Shown here: positions 25,663-32,000 of the stretch, piece by piece
Position numbering within the stretch: the stretch's first letter is position 1
How the letters are laid out: every line of letters starts with the position of its first letter
Source of the DNA: Thermofilum adornatum
GTDB taxonomy: Archaea > Thermoproteota > Thermoprotei > Thermofilales > Thermofilaceae
Reading direction: 5' to 3'
NCBI RefSeq assembly: GCF_000446015.1
Contig: NC_022093.1
Location: forward strand, 1,560,001 to 1,592,000
DNA length: 32,000 nucleotides
Made by a program: the position numbers and the translations under genes
The notes under the pieces: generated by a model
What the model was told of the DNA's origin: nothing
Seen by the model: the letters and a program-made list of their open reading frames with translations, nothing else
Database searches by the model: none

Positions 25663-27033
25663 GTGGCAAGGATAAAAATAGGAGTAATAGGCGCGGGAAG
25701 CGTTGCCTGGAGCTCAAAACTGATACACGACCTTCTACACATGCCTACTCTTTACGGGAGCAAGGTATACCTGATGGACATAAACGAGGAGAGGCTCAGG
25801 CTTCTAAAGGGCTTCGCCGAGAGATATATGTCCGAGATAGGTGGAAACTACGAGTTCATAACTACCACAGACAGATTGGAGGCTATTAGGGACGCGGACA
25901 TAGTAATAAACACTGCGATGTATGGCGGCCACCAGTATTATGAGGAGATGCGCAGGATAAGCGAGAAGCACGGCTATTATCGTGGAGTAAACAGTACAGA
26001 GTGGAACATGGTCAGCGACTACCACACTATCTGGGGCTACTACCAGTGGAAGCTAGCAATGGACATAGCGGGGGAGACAGAGGAATACGCGCCAAACGCC
26101 TGGCTAATACAGCTAGCGAACCCAGTATTCGAGCTGACGACCCTAATTGCCCGTGAAACAAAGGCTAGGGTGATAGGGCTGTGCCACGGACACATGGGAT
26201 ACAGGGAGATAGCCCACACTATTGGCCTGGACCCAGACAAGGTGGACTTCGAGGCCATAGGGTTCAACCACGTCATATGGCTTACTAGGTTCAGGTACAA
26301 CGGGGAGGACGCTTACCCACTCATAGACAAGTGGATAGAGGAGAAGGCTGAAGAGTACTGGCAGGAGTGGAGAAAGACACAGGTAAACCCCTTCGACATC
26401 CAGATGTCGCCGGCGGCAGTAGACATGTATAGGCGGTACGGCTTGTTCCCAGTTGGAGACACTGTGAGGGGAGGCACGTGGATGTACCACTGGAACCTAG
26501 AGACAAAGAAGCAGTGGTTTGGGCCGACCGGCGGCCCAGACAGCGAGATAGGCTGGGAAATATACCTGACCCACGGCGAGGCCTGGCTAGAAGAGCTAGA
26601 AGAGGCTCTCAAAAACAACAGCCCATTGGCGCCGATGTTCCCCAAGGGATTGACGGGCGAAACAATAGTTCCCCTCATAAATTCACTCATACACGACGAG
26701 CCAGGTACATACCAGGTTAATGTGCTAAACATGGGGGCAATCGAGGGGTTGCCAGACAACATCGCCGTAGAGATACCAGCTACCGTAGACGGGAAAGGGG
26801 TGAAGCGCCCACAGGGGCTAAGGCTACCGGGAAGAATAATGAAGCTCGTACTCTGGCCAAGAATGCTCAGGGCAGAAATGGCCATAGAGGGCTTCCTAGA
26901 GGGCGGATTCCAGGTCCTAGTCGACTGGCTAATGCTCGACCCAAGAACAAAAAGCGAGAAACAAGCCGAACAAGCATGGCAAGAAATACTCTCCATCCCC
27001 GGAAACGAAGAAATGAAAAAACACTACAGATAG
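25663..27033 (+). CDS. aglA: Glycoside hydrolase family 4 (NAD+/Mn2+-dependent alpha-glucosidase, AglA-like)
   Basis: KIGVIGAGSVAWS (Rossmann), INTAMYGGH, YYRGV, GLCHGH, AYPLIDKWIEEK and LDPRTKSEKQAEQAWQEILSIPGNEEMKKHY are collinear with Thermotoga maritima AglA as I recall it. Confidence 0.9.
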   Translation: MARIKIGVIGAGSVAWSSKLIHDLLHMPTLYGSKVYLMDINEERLRLLKGFAERYMSEIGGNYEFITTTDRLEAIRDADIVINTAMYGGHQYYEEMRRISEKHGYYRGVNSTEWNMVSDYHTIWGYYQWKLAMDIAGETEEYAPNAWLIQLANPVFELTTLIARETKARVIGLCHGHMGYREIAHTIGLDPDKVDFEAIGFNHVIWLTRFRYNGEDAYPLIDKWIEEKAEEYWQEWRKTQVNPFDIQMSPAAVDMYRRYGLFPVGDTVRGGTWMYHWNLETKKQWFGPTGGPDSEIGWEIYLTHGEAWLEELEEALKNNSPLAPMFPKGLTGETIVPLINSLIHDEPGTYQVNVLNMGAIEGLPDNIAVEIPATVDGKGVKRPQGLRLPGRIMKLVLWPRMLRAEMAIEGFLEGGFQVLVDWLMLDPRTKSEKQAEQAWQEILSIPGNEEMKKHYR

Positions 27034-27206
27034 TATTTTTAATTTCGTCATTTCGATAACCGTTCCTTTTACATGACGCGCGCAGAATCTCATGTAGACA
27101 AGAAATGCCAATAAACGAGAGCACGACTTAAAAGCGAGGAGGCTATCAGAAAGCTTTAGTGCTAGCTCGCTATGTGTATTTCTCTTTGCTTAGATCTTTT
27201 ACTCCC

Positions 27207-27632
27207 CTACAATGTCTCGGGAACTAATGCCACACCTATATTGGATGCTTGCCTCCTCAGCTTTTCATCGAAGGTCGCTAGTGGAACATTTCTTCGCAGA
27301 GCTACTGAAAGAAAGATTTTGTCGTTGAAGCATGAGAGAGACAGGCCCTCATCTACAAGTGTAGAGATAGCCCAGCGGATCTCATCTAAGCCCTCCCTCA
27401 CCAATACGGACTTCTCGGAGGTAATATACTCGAGTACCTTGTCCCGAGCATCAGCTGTACTCATTTTTAACCCCTTCAGGAACCAAGCATACTCGTAGAT
27501 GACTATTAGGGGGATTATCCACCGGTTTAAACTGTCAAGTATATGGGAAGCCTCCTTGTGGTAGAGAGAATCCTCAAAGGTATCGTAGACAAGGATATTT
27601 GTGTCAATCACCGCCTCCGGCAATGTTTTCAC
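27207..27632 (-). CDS. vapC: VapC toxin (PIN-domain ribonuclease)
   Basis: AVIDTNILVYDTF carries the first catalytic Asp and VPLATFDEKL carries the C-terminal Asp. It is 141 aa with a GTG start and overlaps the upstream antitoxin by 29 nt. Confidence 0.85.
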   Translation of the reverse strand: MKTLPEAVIDTNILVYDTFEDSLYHKEASHILDSLNRWIIPLIVIYEYAWFLKGLKMSTADARDKVLEYITSEKSVLVREGLDEIRWAISTLVDEGLSLSCFNDKIFLSVALRRNVPLATFDEKLRRQASNIGVALVPETL

Positions 27633-27846
27633 CCAGCCCTTTAGCGATTATCCCATCAATTTCTTCCGGAGTAAGGGGTCTTCCAGCTCTAAAAGTCTTC
27701 CTCTTCAGAACTTTTTTCTCCATAATGATTCTCCCCTTTTCATCCACATACATGTCCAGGTAGTCGCCGATCTGCAGTCCCAATGCTTCACGTATCTCTT
27801 TTGGAATCGTTACTTGAAAACTCCTCGTTATTTTACTTCTCTTCAC
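27604..27846 (-). CDS. vapB: VapB antitoxin (AbrB/SpoVT fold)
   Basis: ITRSFQVTIPKEIREALGLQIGDYLDMYVDEKGRIIMEK is a SpoVT/AbrB motif. Confidence 0.85.
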   Translation of the reverse strand: MKRSKITRSFQVTIPKEIREALGLQIGDYLDMYVDEKGRIIMEKKVLKRKTFRAGRPLTPEEIDGIIAKGLGENIAGGGD

Positions 27847-27936
27847 AGTAACTCTTTAAAAATTACTTCTATAAAAACATTTCTACTTTATTCCATAGAA
27901 TCCTCCGAGAATAGAGATTTTTTCCTTACCACCTTG

Positions 27937-28177
27937 TTATCGGTTAGCTGTGCCTTGGCACGCGCAAAAAATGTATAGGAAACGGCTAGGAGGAACCGAG
28001 AGTTCTACAGATGTAACGTTTAAGCTGTCTTTCACAGCGGTATATAGGTTGGCGTATTTACAGCACGAAAATCAGTCTCTACCAGCTATTTTCTTTACCG
28101 GCGACTTAGTTGCCTGGACATGCCACTCATCAATCTTTGTTGTGGTGGCAAAGACTTAAAAAATAAATACACAACAT
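27937..28177 (-). pseudogene. Decayed paralogue of the secreted 'EWHVQ' protein family (in-frame TGA, N-terminal frameshift, 3' truncation)
   Basis: The minus strand reads ..ATTTKIDEWHVQATKSPVKKIAGRD*FSCCKYANLYTAVKDSLNVTSVELSVPPSRF.., with the TGA at 28074-28072. This aligns with the ORF at 31773: AITITNVNEWHVQATQPPVKKIAGRDLGNPAYGVKSGRVYSSIEDGLNVTYVEVSVP. A signal-peptide-like MLCIYFLSL (ATG 28177) sits in another frame. Confidence 0.75.
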
Positions 28178-28225
28178 GAAGAACAATAAGCAACAAAAAC
28201 ATTAACATCCCATGTTTCAACCCAG

Positions 28226-28639
28226 CTAGAAAATAAAGACGCTAGGAAGCCCAAGCATCCTTGCAATTATGATAATTACTATTATGAGAAACCATGGCGT
28301 AGAGGCGACCGCGAACACCCTTATGTCTGTAATGTTTCTATACATCGCGTAGAACACTATGGATATGCTAGCAAGCAGGGTATAGAGGAATAAGTGGAAT
28401 AGGAACTTCCCAACAAACACTGGGAAAAACTGGACAAGATACGCCACAGTGAAGCCATCTATAAAGGAAAGAACAATGCCAACCGCGAACGCGCTCCACT
28501 CATCCTCGCCCTTAGGCCTGCCCTGGAAAAGCCTAAGCGTCGCAGAAGCAAACACCAAGACCAGTCCCACAAGCGTCTGGACAATCATAGATAAATTTTT
28601 GCTAAAACGGGTATTTAAATTATTTAGTTCAAAACCCAC
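28226..28639 (-). CDS. Small 4-TM membrane protein, hypothetical
   Basis: 137 aa from GTG 28639 (the alternative Met gives MIVQTLVG). It has four hydrophobic segments and is transcribed divergently from the wHTH regulator at 28689. Confidence 0.5.
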   Translation of the reverse strand: MGFELNNLNTRFSKNLSMIVQTLVGLVLVFASATLRLFQGRPKGEDEWSAFAVGIVLSFIDGFTVAYLVQFFPVFVGKFLFHLFLYTLLASISIVFYAMYRNITDIRVFAVASTPWFLIIVIIIIARMLGLPSVFIF

Positions 28640-28655
28640 CCTTATAGACGCAAAG

Positions 28656-28666
28656 TTTATTTAAAA
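28656..28666 (+). promoter_or_regulatory. TATA-like box for leaderless gene 28689
   Basis: tttatttaaaa is centred about 28 nt upstream of ATG 28689. Confidence 0.45.
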
Positions 28667-28688
28667 GACCGAAAAACTCACAGTTAGG

Positions 28689-29567
28689 ATGAAAGAATAC
28701 ATTACAGCCATACTCCTCCTCGCTTTGGCAACCACGGCCACACTTCTCAGCCTCCAGACCCTCACCCAAAAAGCAACAGCTACACCGACAGGCCTCATCG
28801 TTACAAGCCCCACGACAAGCCTGATAAAAACTGAGACAAGGAACAACACGCACATCTATACCCTGCAGGTTCACGTTAACCCCCTATCAAGCCTCCAAGC
28901 CGAAAAGATTGCCTGCATATACGGCGCCAAAGTCACGGCACTCAACACGTCGGCTGGAAAAGCAACTCTCGAGAAAAACCCAGACTCTGCATGTATCTTT
29001 TTCACAATCGACAACCCCTCCATACGAGAAGCCGAGGCAACAGTGCTCGTCGCCGCCACAATACCTTCACAGGAAAAAGGCGAGCCACCAATACTCCTAA
29101 TAGGGGCAATAGCAGGCATAGCGGCGGCAAGCTACCTGACCCAGACAGAGAGCGGGAGAGACAAACTCTTCAAGGCAATATCCATACCAGTAGGCTACTA
29201 CGTCGCACGCCACGAAGACGTCCTCAGAATCAAAAAGAGGGTCGAAATACTAGAATACCTCAAAAAAGAGCCCGGCGCAAGCATGCGGCGCATATCACGC
29301 GACACAGGCATAAGCTTCGGCGAGGTCCAGTGGCACCTCTCGATCCTCGAAAGGCTGGGATACGTACGAAGAGCAAGGATAGGAAAATGGACAGTCTACT
29401 ACCCAACAGGCACCCCAGCAGAGAAATGGCTTGAAAACTTCATATCGGACGAGCTAGGCGAAAAAATCACGCCACAAACAGCCGCCACCCTAGCGGCCAG
29501 GCTAGAGCCATACCTATCAACAGGCACGATACCGACGAGCCTAATTAGGGAAGCAATCTCCAAATAA
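28689..29567 (+). CDS. Membrane-tethered wHTH transcriptional regulator (TM, about 110-aa extracytoplasmic domain, TM, cytoplasmic wHTH)
   Basis: TM1 is ITAILLLALATTATLLSL and TM2 is PPILLIGAIAGIAAASYL. The wHTH is RVEILEYLKKEPGASMRRISRDTGISFGEVQWHLSILERLGYVRRARIGKWTVYY. The architecture resembles COG2512-type 'membrane-associated transcriptional regulators', from memory. Confidence 0.7.
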   Translation: MKEYITAILLLALATTATLLSLQTLTQKATATPTGLIVTSPTTSLIKTETRNNTHIYTLQVHVNPLSSLQAEKIACIYGAKVTALNTSAGKATLEKNPDSACIFFTIDNPSIREAEATVLVAATIPSQEKGEPPILLIGAIAGIAAASYLTQTESGRDKLFKAISIPVGYYVARHEDVLRIKKRVEILEYLKKEPGASMRRISRDTGISFGEVQWHLSILERLGYVRRARIGKWTVYYPTGTPAEKWLENFISDELGEKITPQTAATLAARLEPYLSTGTIPTSLIREAISK

Positions 29568-29650
29568 AAAGTTTGAGAAGCAAATCATCTTGCTAGGAAA
29601 TTATCAAACTTGAAAGTTTACCCCTGCAACCAGAGGAATAACTGAACTAA

Positions 29651-29662
29651 AAAATTTATAAA
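29651..29662 (+). promoter_or_regulatory. TATA-like box plus GGTG Shine-Dalgarno-like element upstream of gene 29696
   Basis: aaaatttataaa sits at 29651-29662. GGTG at 29687-29690 is 5 nt before the ATG. Confidence 0.4.
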
Positions 29663-29695
29663 CCCCAGTTTGACAACTTACCAAAAGGTGAAAAA

Positions 29696-30250
29696 ATGCA
29701 ACTGAAAAGGACAACACTAACAGCTCTACTGATAGTACTAGCAACGCTCTCCTTCGCCACCGCAGCAATAACACTCACCAACATAACCGAGTGGCACGTA
29801 CAGACCCCTGGAACACCGCCAGTCGTCAAGGTGAAAGGCGCAGACGCGACGGGAAGCCTCCTCAGCGTTTCTACGTATACTGCTAGTGATGGAACCAACA
29901 GGACGGTAATAACAATCAAGGGCTACACGGGAGACCCCACATACTACAGCGAAGCCATCAAGATATGCAACACGTATGGAACAAGCTCATTCACAGTAAG
30001 TCTAAAATACAATGGAGTACTAAGTGGAAACTGGACATACGTAAAGTACTTGAAGCTCTGGCTTGGCACGCTTGGCCCACTCACTATTGACAGCTCAACA
30101 AGCGTGGGTACAACTCTTGGTTCGGTCACACTGAATCCGGGACAATGCGTCTCTGTTCCAGCCGAAGTACTAGTCCACGCGAATACTCCTTCATCTCAGT
30201 GGAACACGGACTTGATAACCATAGAAGTCGACGTAGTCTCTACTGGATAA
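29696..30250 (+). CDS. Secreted 184-aa beta-rich protein, 'EWHVQ' family member 1
   Basis: Sec-type signal MQLKRTTLTALLIVLATLSFATA/AITLTNITEWHVQ. The mature part is Thr/Ser/Val-rich with N-x-S/T sequons and a CARDB-like stretch (AIKICNTYGTSSFTVSL...SVTLNPGQCVSVPAEVLV). Confidence 0.7.
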   Translation: MQLKRTTLTALLIVLATLSFATAAITLTNITEWHVQTPGTPPVVKVKGADATGSLLSVSTYTASDGTNRTVITIKGYTGDPTYYSEAIKICNTYGTSSFTVSLKYNGVLSGNWTYVKYLKLWLGTLGPLTIDSSTSVGTTLGSVTLNPGQCVSVPAEVLVHANTPSSQWNTDLITIEVDVVSTG

Positions 30251-30318
30251 GCTGAGTAGGGCAATTGAACTAAAATCTTTAAATAATATTTTTTTCTATA
30301 ATTTTTAGGTGTTGCTTT

Positions 30319-31770
30319 GTGGATAGCCAGCCTGCCAGGTTCAGGAAAAGCAGGGTTCTAGCAATAATAGCTGTTATCGTTTTGGCTAGCTTCCTCACGC
30401 TTCTAGCAGTTTATCCTCTCGGCATCCAGGCTGTCATCCTTGGAGGCACAAAAGACGTCTGGGCATACTCCGACGGGAAGCCGGTTAGCGGGGCTGTCCA
30501 GGTCTACGCTTCTAATGAGACTGTTTACTGTTTTCCCGGAATTGTCGAGCTGAGGAATAGCGGCATAGCTGGCCTGCCCTACACGCTAGGCGTGTCTCTT
30601 AGGCCAAGTTCCGGCCTCGAGTTTCTCGAGGTTAGGGCTAATGGTAGCATGGTGCTAGGTTTTGGCCCTGGCCTAAACTATTCTGGTAGTCTGAGGCTTG
30701 ATCCGGGGTCCAGTGTAAAGCTAGATCTATGTCTAAGGGCCGGCAGGCAAGGCTCCTTCATGCTGACATTTGTGGACCCGAGGTATGAGCGTGCTACGAT
30801 GAGCGTGGTCACTTTTTCCTATGTTCTTGTCGACTGGTGGAACAACTCTTTCACGAGGCGGATAACTCTGGCCCCTACTGTTTCTAGGGAAGGCTTGGCA
30901 CTCTTCGAGATTACTGCGGATGGCACCGTGTACGTGAACGGGAAGCCTGTGAGGAAGGTTTCGAGCCTGGAGGGTGTCGAGGCTAATGGGCTGGCTGTTG
31001 TCTTGAAGAGCGGTGGGGCCCGTTACCTTGTCCCATTCCAGGTCGAGTCTTGGGCAAAAAGACCTGACGGCGTCCTATATCCGGCCAGAATTAAGAGTGG
31101 ACGTGAGCAGATGTGGGGATATGATAGGCTCGTCTTCTCCGCGTACCTAACAAATGGTTCACGCATAGAGATCTATCTTGGAGGACGCCTGACAGCAAAC
31201 TTTACTGGAGGCGTAGAGGTTAGGGGCGACACAGTTGTCTTCGGCTCTGAGCGCGCCACGCTTAACGAGTGGGGCTTTTTCAGCGAGGGCTGGGGTGTCA
31301 ACCTCTCGGGCTACATTGTCTACCCGTACCAGGCCAGGCGTATAGGGTACAGCGACGCTGGCACGTGGAGACAGCTGGTTAGTGGGCCTGTCCGGACTAT
31401 TTCCTGGTTTAATACTTCTGGCTTCTCAGACTACAGGATAGAGTCCGCGGTAGCCTTCTGGGGTAGGGGGGTAAACGCTACACAGATGTATGTCTGGCCC
31501 AGTGTCGACTTTAGGGGCATTGTTTTGGAGTGGGTCTCGCCAATAATATACATGGGCAAGGGCTGGACAATGAGCTTCGACTGTGGAACCACGTGTAGCT
31601 CGCTTCCAGTAAAGGTGTTGCCGGGCAACGAGACAAGGGTCCAGCTTTGCCGGGACTTCTTTACGCCTGGAGGCGCACGGTACGGCTACTTCCATATCGC
31701 GCTAGTCAAGGCTCCACTAGCAGAAATAAGGAGCATGGCCGCGAGCTTTTCGAGCTTCCCGGGTGGCTAG
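30319..31770 (+). CDS. N-terminally TM-anchored 483-aa extracytoplasmic protein (beta-sandwich domain plus DUF2341/LamG-like region)
   Basis: GTG start with AGGTG 8 nt upstream. The TM segment is VLAIIAVIVLASFLTLLAV. Residues 45-165 echo the 184-aa protein (IVELRNSGIAGLPYTLGVSL...SLRLDPGSSVKLDLCLRA). VDWWNNSFTRRITL at about aa 171 resembles the start of DUF2341 domains (tentative). Confidence 0.65.
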   Translation: MDSQPARFRKSRVLAIIAVIVLASFLTLLAVYPLGIQAVILGGTKDVWAYSDGKPVSGAVQVYASNETVYCFPGIVELRNSGIAGLPYTLGVSLRPSSGLEFLEVRANGSMVLGFGPGLNYSGSLRLDPGSSVKLDLCLRAGRQGSFMLTFVDPRYERATMSVVTFSYVLVDWWNNSFTRRITLAPTVSREGLALFEITADGTVYVNGKPVRKVSSLEGVEANGLAVVLKSGGARYLVPFQVESWAKRPDGVLYPARIKSGREQMWGYDRLVFSAYLTNGSRIEIYLGGRLTANFTGGVEVRGDTVVFGSERATLNEWGFFSEGWGVNLSGYIVYPYQARRIGYSDAGTWRQLVSGPVRTISWFNTSGFSDYRIESAVAFWGRGVNATQMYVWPSVDFRGIVLEWVSPIIYMGKGWTMSFDCGTTCSSLPVKVLPGNETRVQLCRDFFTPGGARYGYFHIALVKAPLAEIRSMAASFSSFPGG

Positions 31771-31772
31771 GC

Positions 31773-32000
31773 GTGAGGAGGATTGAGGCGCTCCTGCTTG
31801 CTGTGCTTTTATGTGTAGGCGCTTTAGCGGCAATCACTATAACGAATGTAAATGAGTGGCACGTCCAGGCGACCCAGCCGCCCGTAAAGAAAATTGCCGG
31901 TAGGGACCTTGGGAACCCAGCCTACGGCGTTAAGTCTGGTAGAGTATATTCGAGTATCGAGGACGGCTTAAATGTTACATACGTTGAGGTGTCAGTTCCA
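31773..32000 (+). CDS. Secreted 'EWHVQ' family member 2, 3' end outside the window
   Basis: GTG at 31773 lies 2 nt after the upstream stop. Translation is VRRIEALLLAVLLCVGALA/AITITNVNEWHVQATQPPVKKIAGRD..., and the frame is open to the window end. Confidence 0.65.
   Translation, partial: MRRIEALLLAVLLCVGALAAITITNVNEWHVQATQPPVKKIAGRDLGNPAYGVKSGRVYSSIEDGLNVTYVEVSVP

Noticed and set aside
26313-26996. 227-aa minus-strand ORF
   Set aside because: It is fully antisense to the strongly supported GH4 gene, is Ser-rich and has no motifs.
27079-27105. Hairpin TACATGA-N13-TCATGTA between the convergent GH4 and vapC genes
   Set aside because: The stem is only 7 bp. Archaeal termination does not require hairpins, and a match of this size is expected by chance in 32 kb.
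27950-28159. 69-aa plus-strand ORF
   Set aside because: It is antisense to the clearly homologous 'EWHVQ' pseudogene on the minus strand and is therefore a shadow ORF.
1-32000. Scan for tRNA, rRNA, CRISPR repeats, IS inverted repeats and integrase or att sites
   Set aside because: I found no T-arm (GGTTCGAATCC-like) motif, no regularly spaced direct repeats, no transposase or integrase ORF, and no terminal inverted repeats flanking the A/T-rich islands. This was a scan by eye, so short or degenerate elements could have been missed.

Overview
This is a gene-dense archaeal chromosome segment that looks like a hyperthermophilic crenarchaeon (Thermoproteota, Desulfurococcales-like). The archaeal assignment rests on a TrmB regulator, a tandem DUF131-like pair, a CydA/CydA'-type cytochrome bd, A/T-rich TATA-like boxes about 27-29 nt upstream of apparently leaderless starts, frequent GTG/TTG starts, and 1-30 nt gene overlaps. 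I support about 35 coding regions and three decayed gene relics. I found no rRNA, tRNA, CRISPR array or intact transposase. Housekeeping and accessory content includes cytochrome bd (3208-6014), a UxaE-like TIM-barrel gene coupled to a HycI-like protease, and two membrane proteases with a hotdog thioesterase. It also includes a DHH phosphoesterase, a wHTH-UbiA-GT4 unit, and TrmB with an ABC-2 transporter and an 837-aa protein of six CARDB-like repeats. The rest is a Zn-ADH, an APC permease, a GH4 AglA-like glycosidase and two vapBC loci, one intact and one decayed. Two regions deserve follow-up as possibly undescribed systems. (1) 27937-32000 holds a membrane-tethered wHTH regulator, paralogous secreted proteins sharing the mature N-terminus AIT(L/I)TN(I/V)xEWHVQ (one intact, one cut by the window edge, one pseudogene), and a TM-anchored 483-aa protein. 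This is a candidate surface filament or adhesin module that continues beyond the window. (2) 19416-21622 holds a leaderless two-gene cassette: a 172-aa unknown followed by a P-loop ATPase fused to a PD-(D/E)xK-like motif. A frameshifted ABC/SMC-type ATPase relic sits next to it, which suggests a defence-island context. All family assignments come from motif recognition by eye, and no searches were run.
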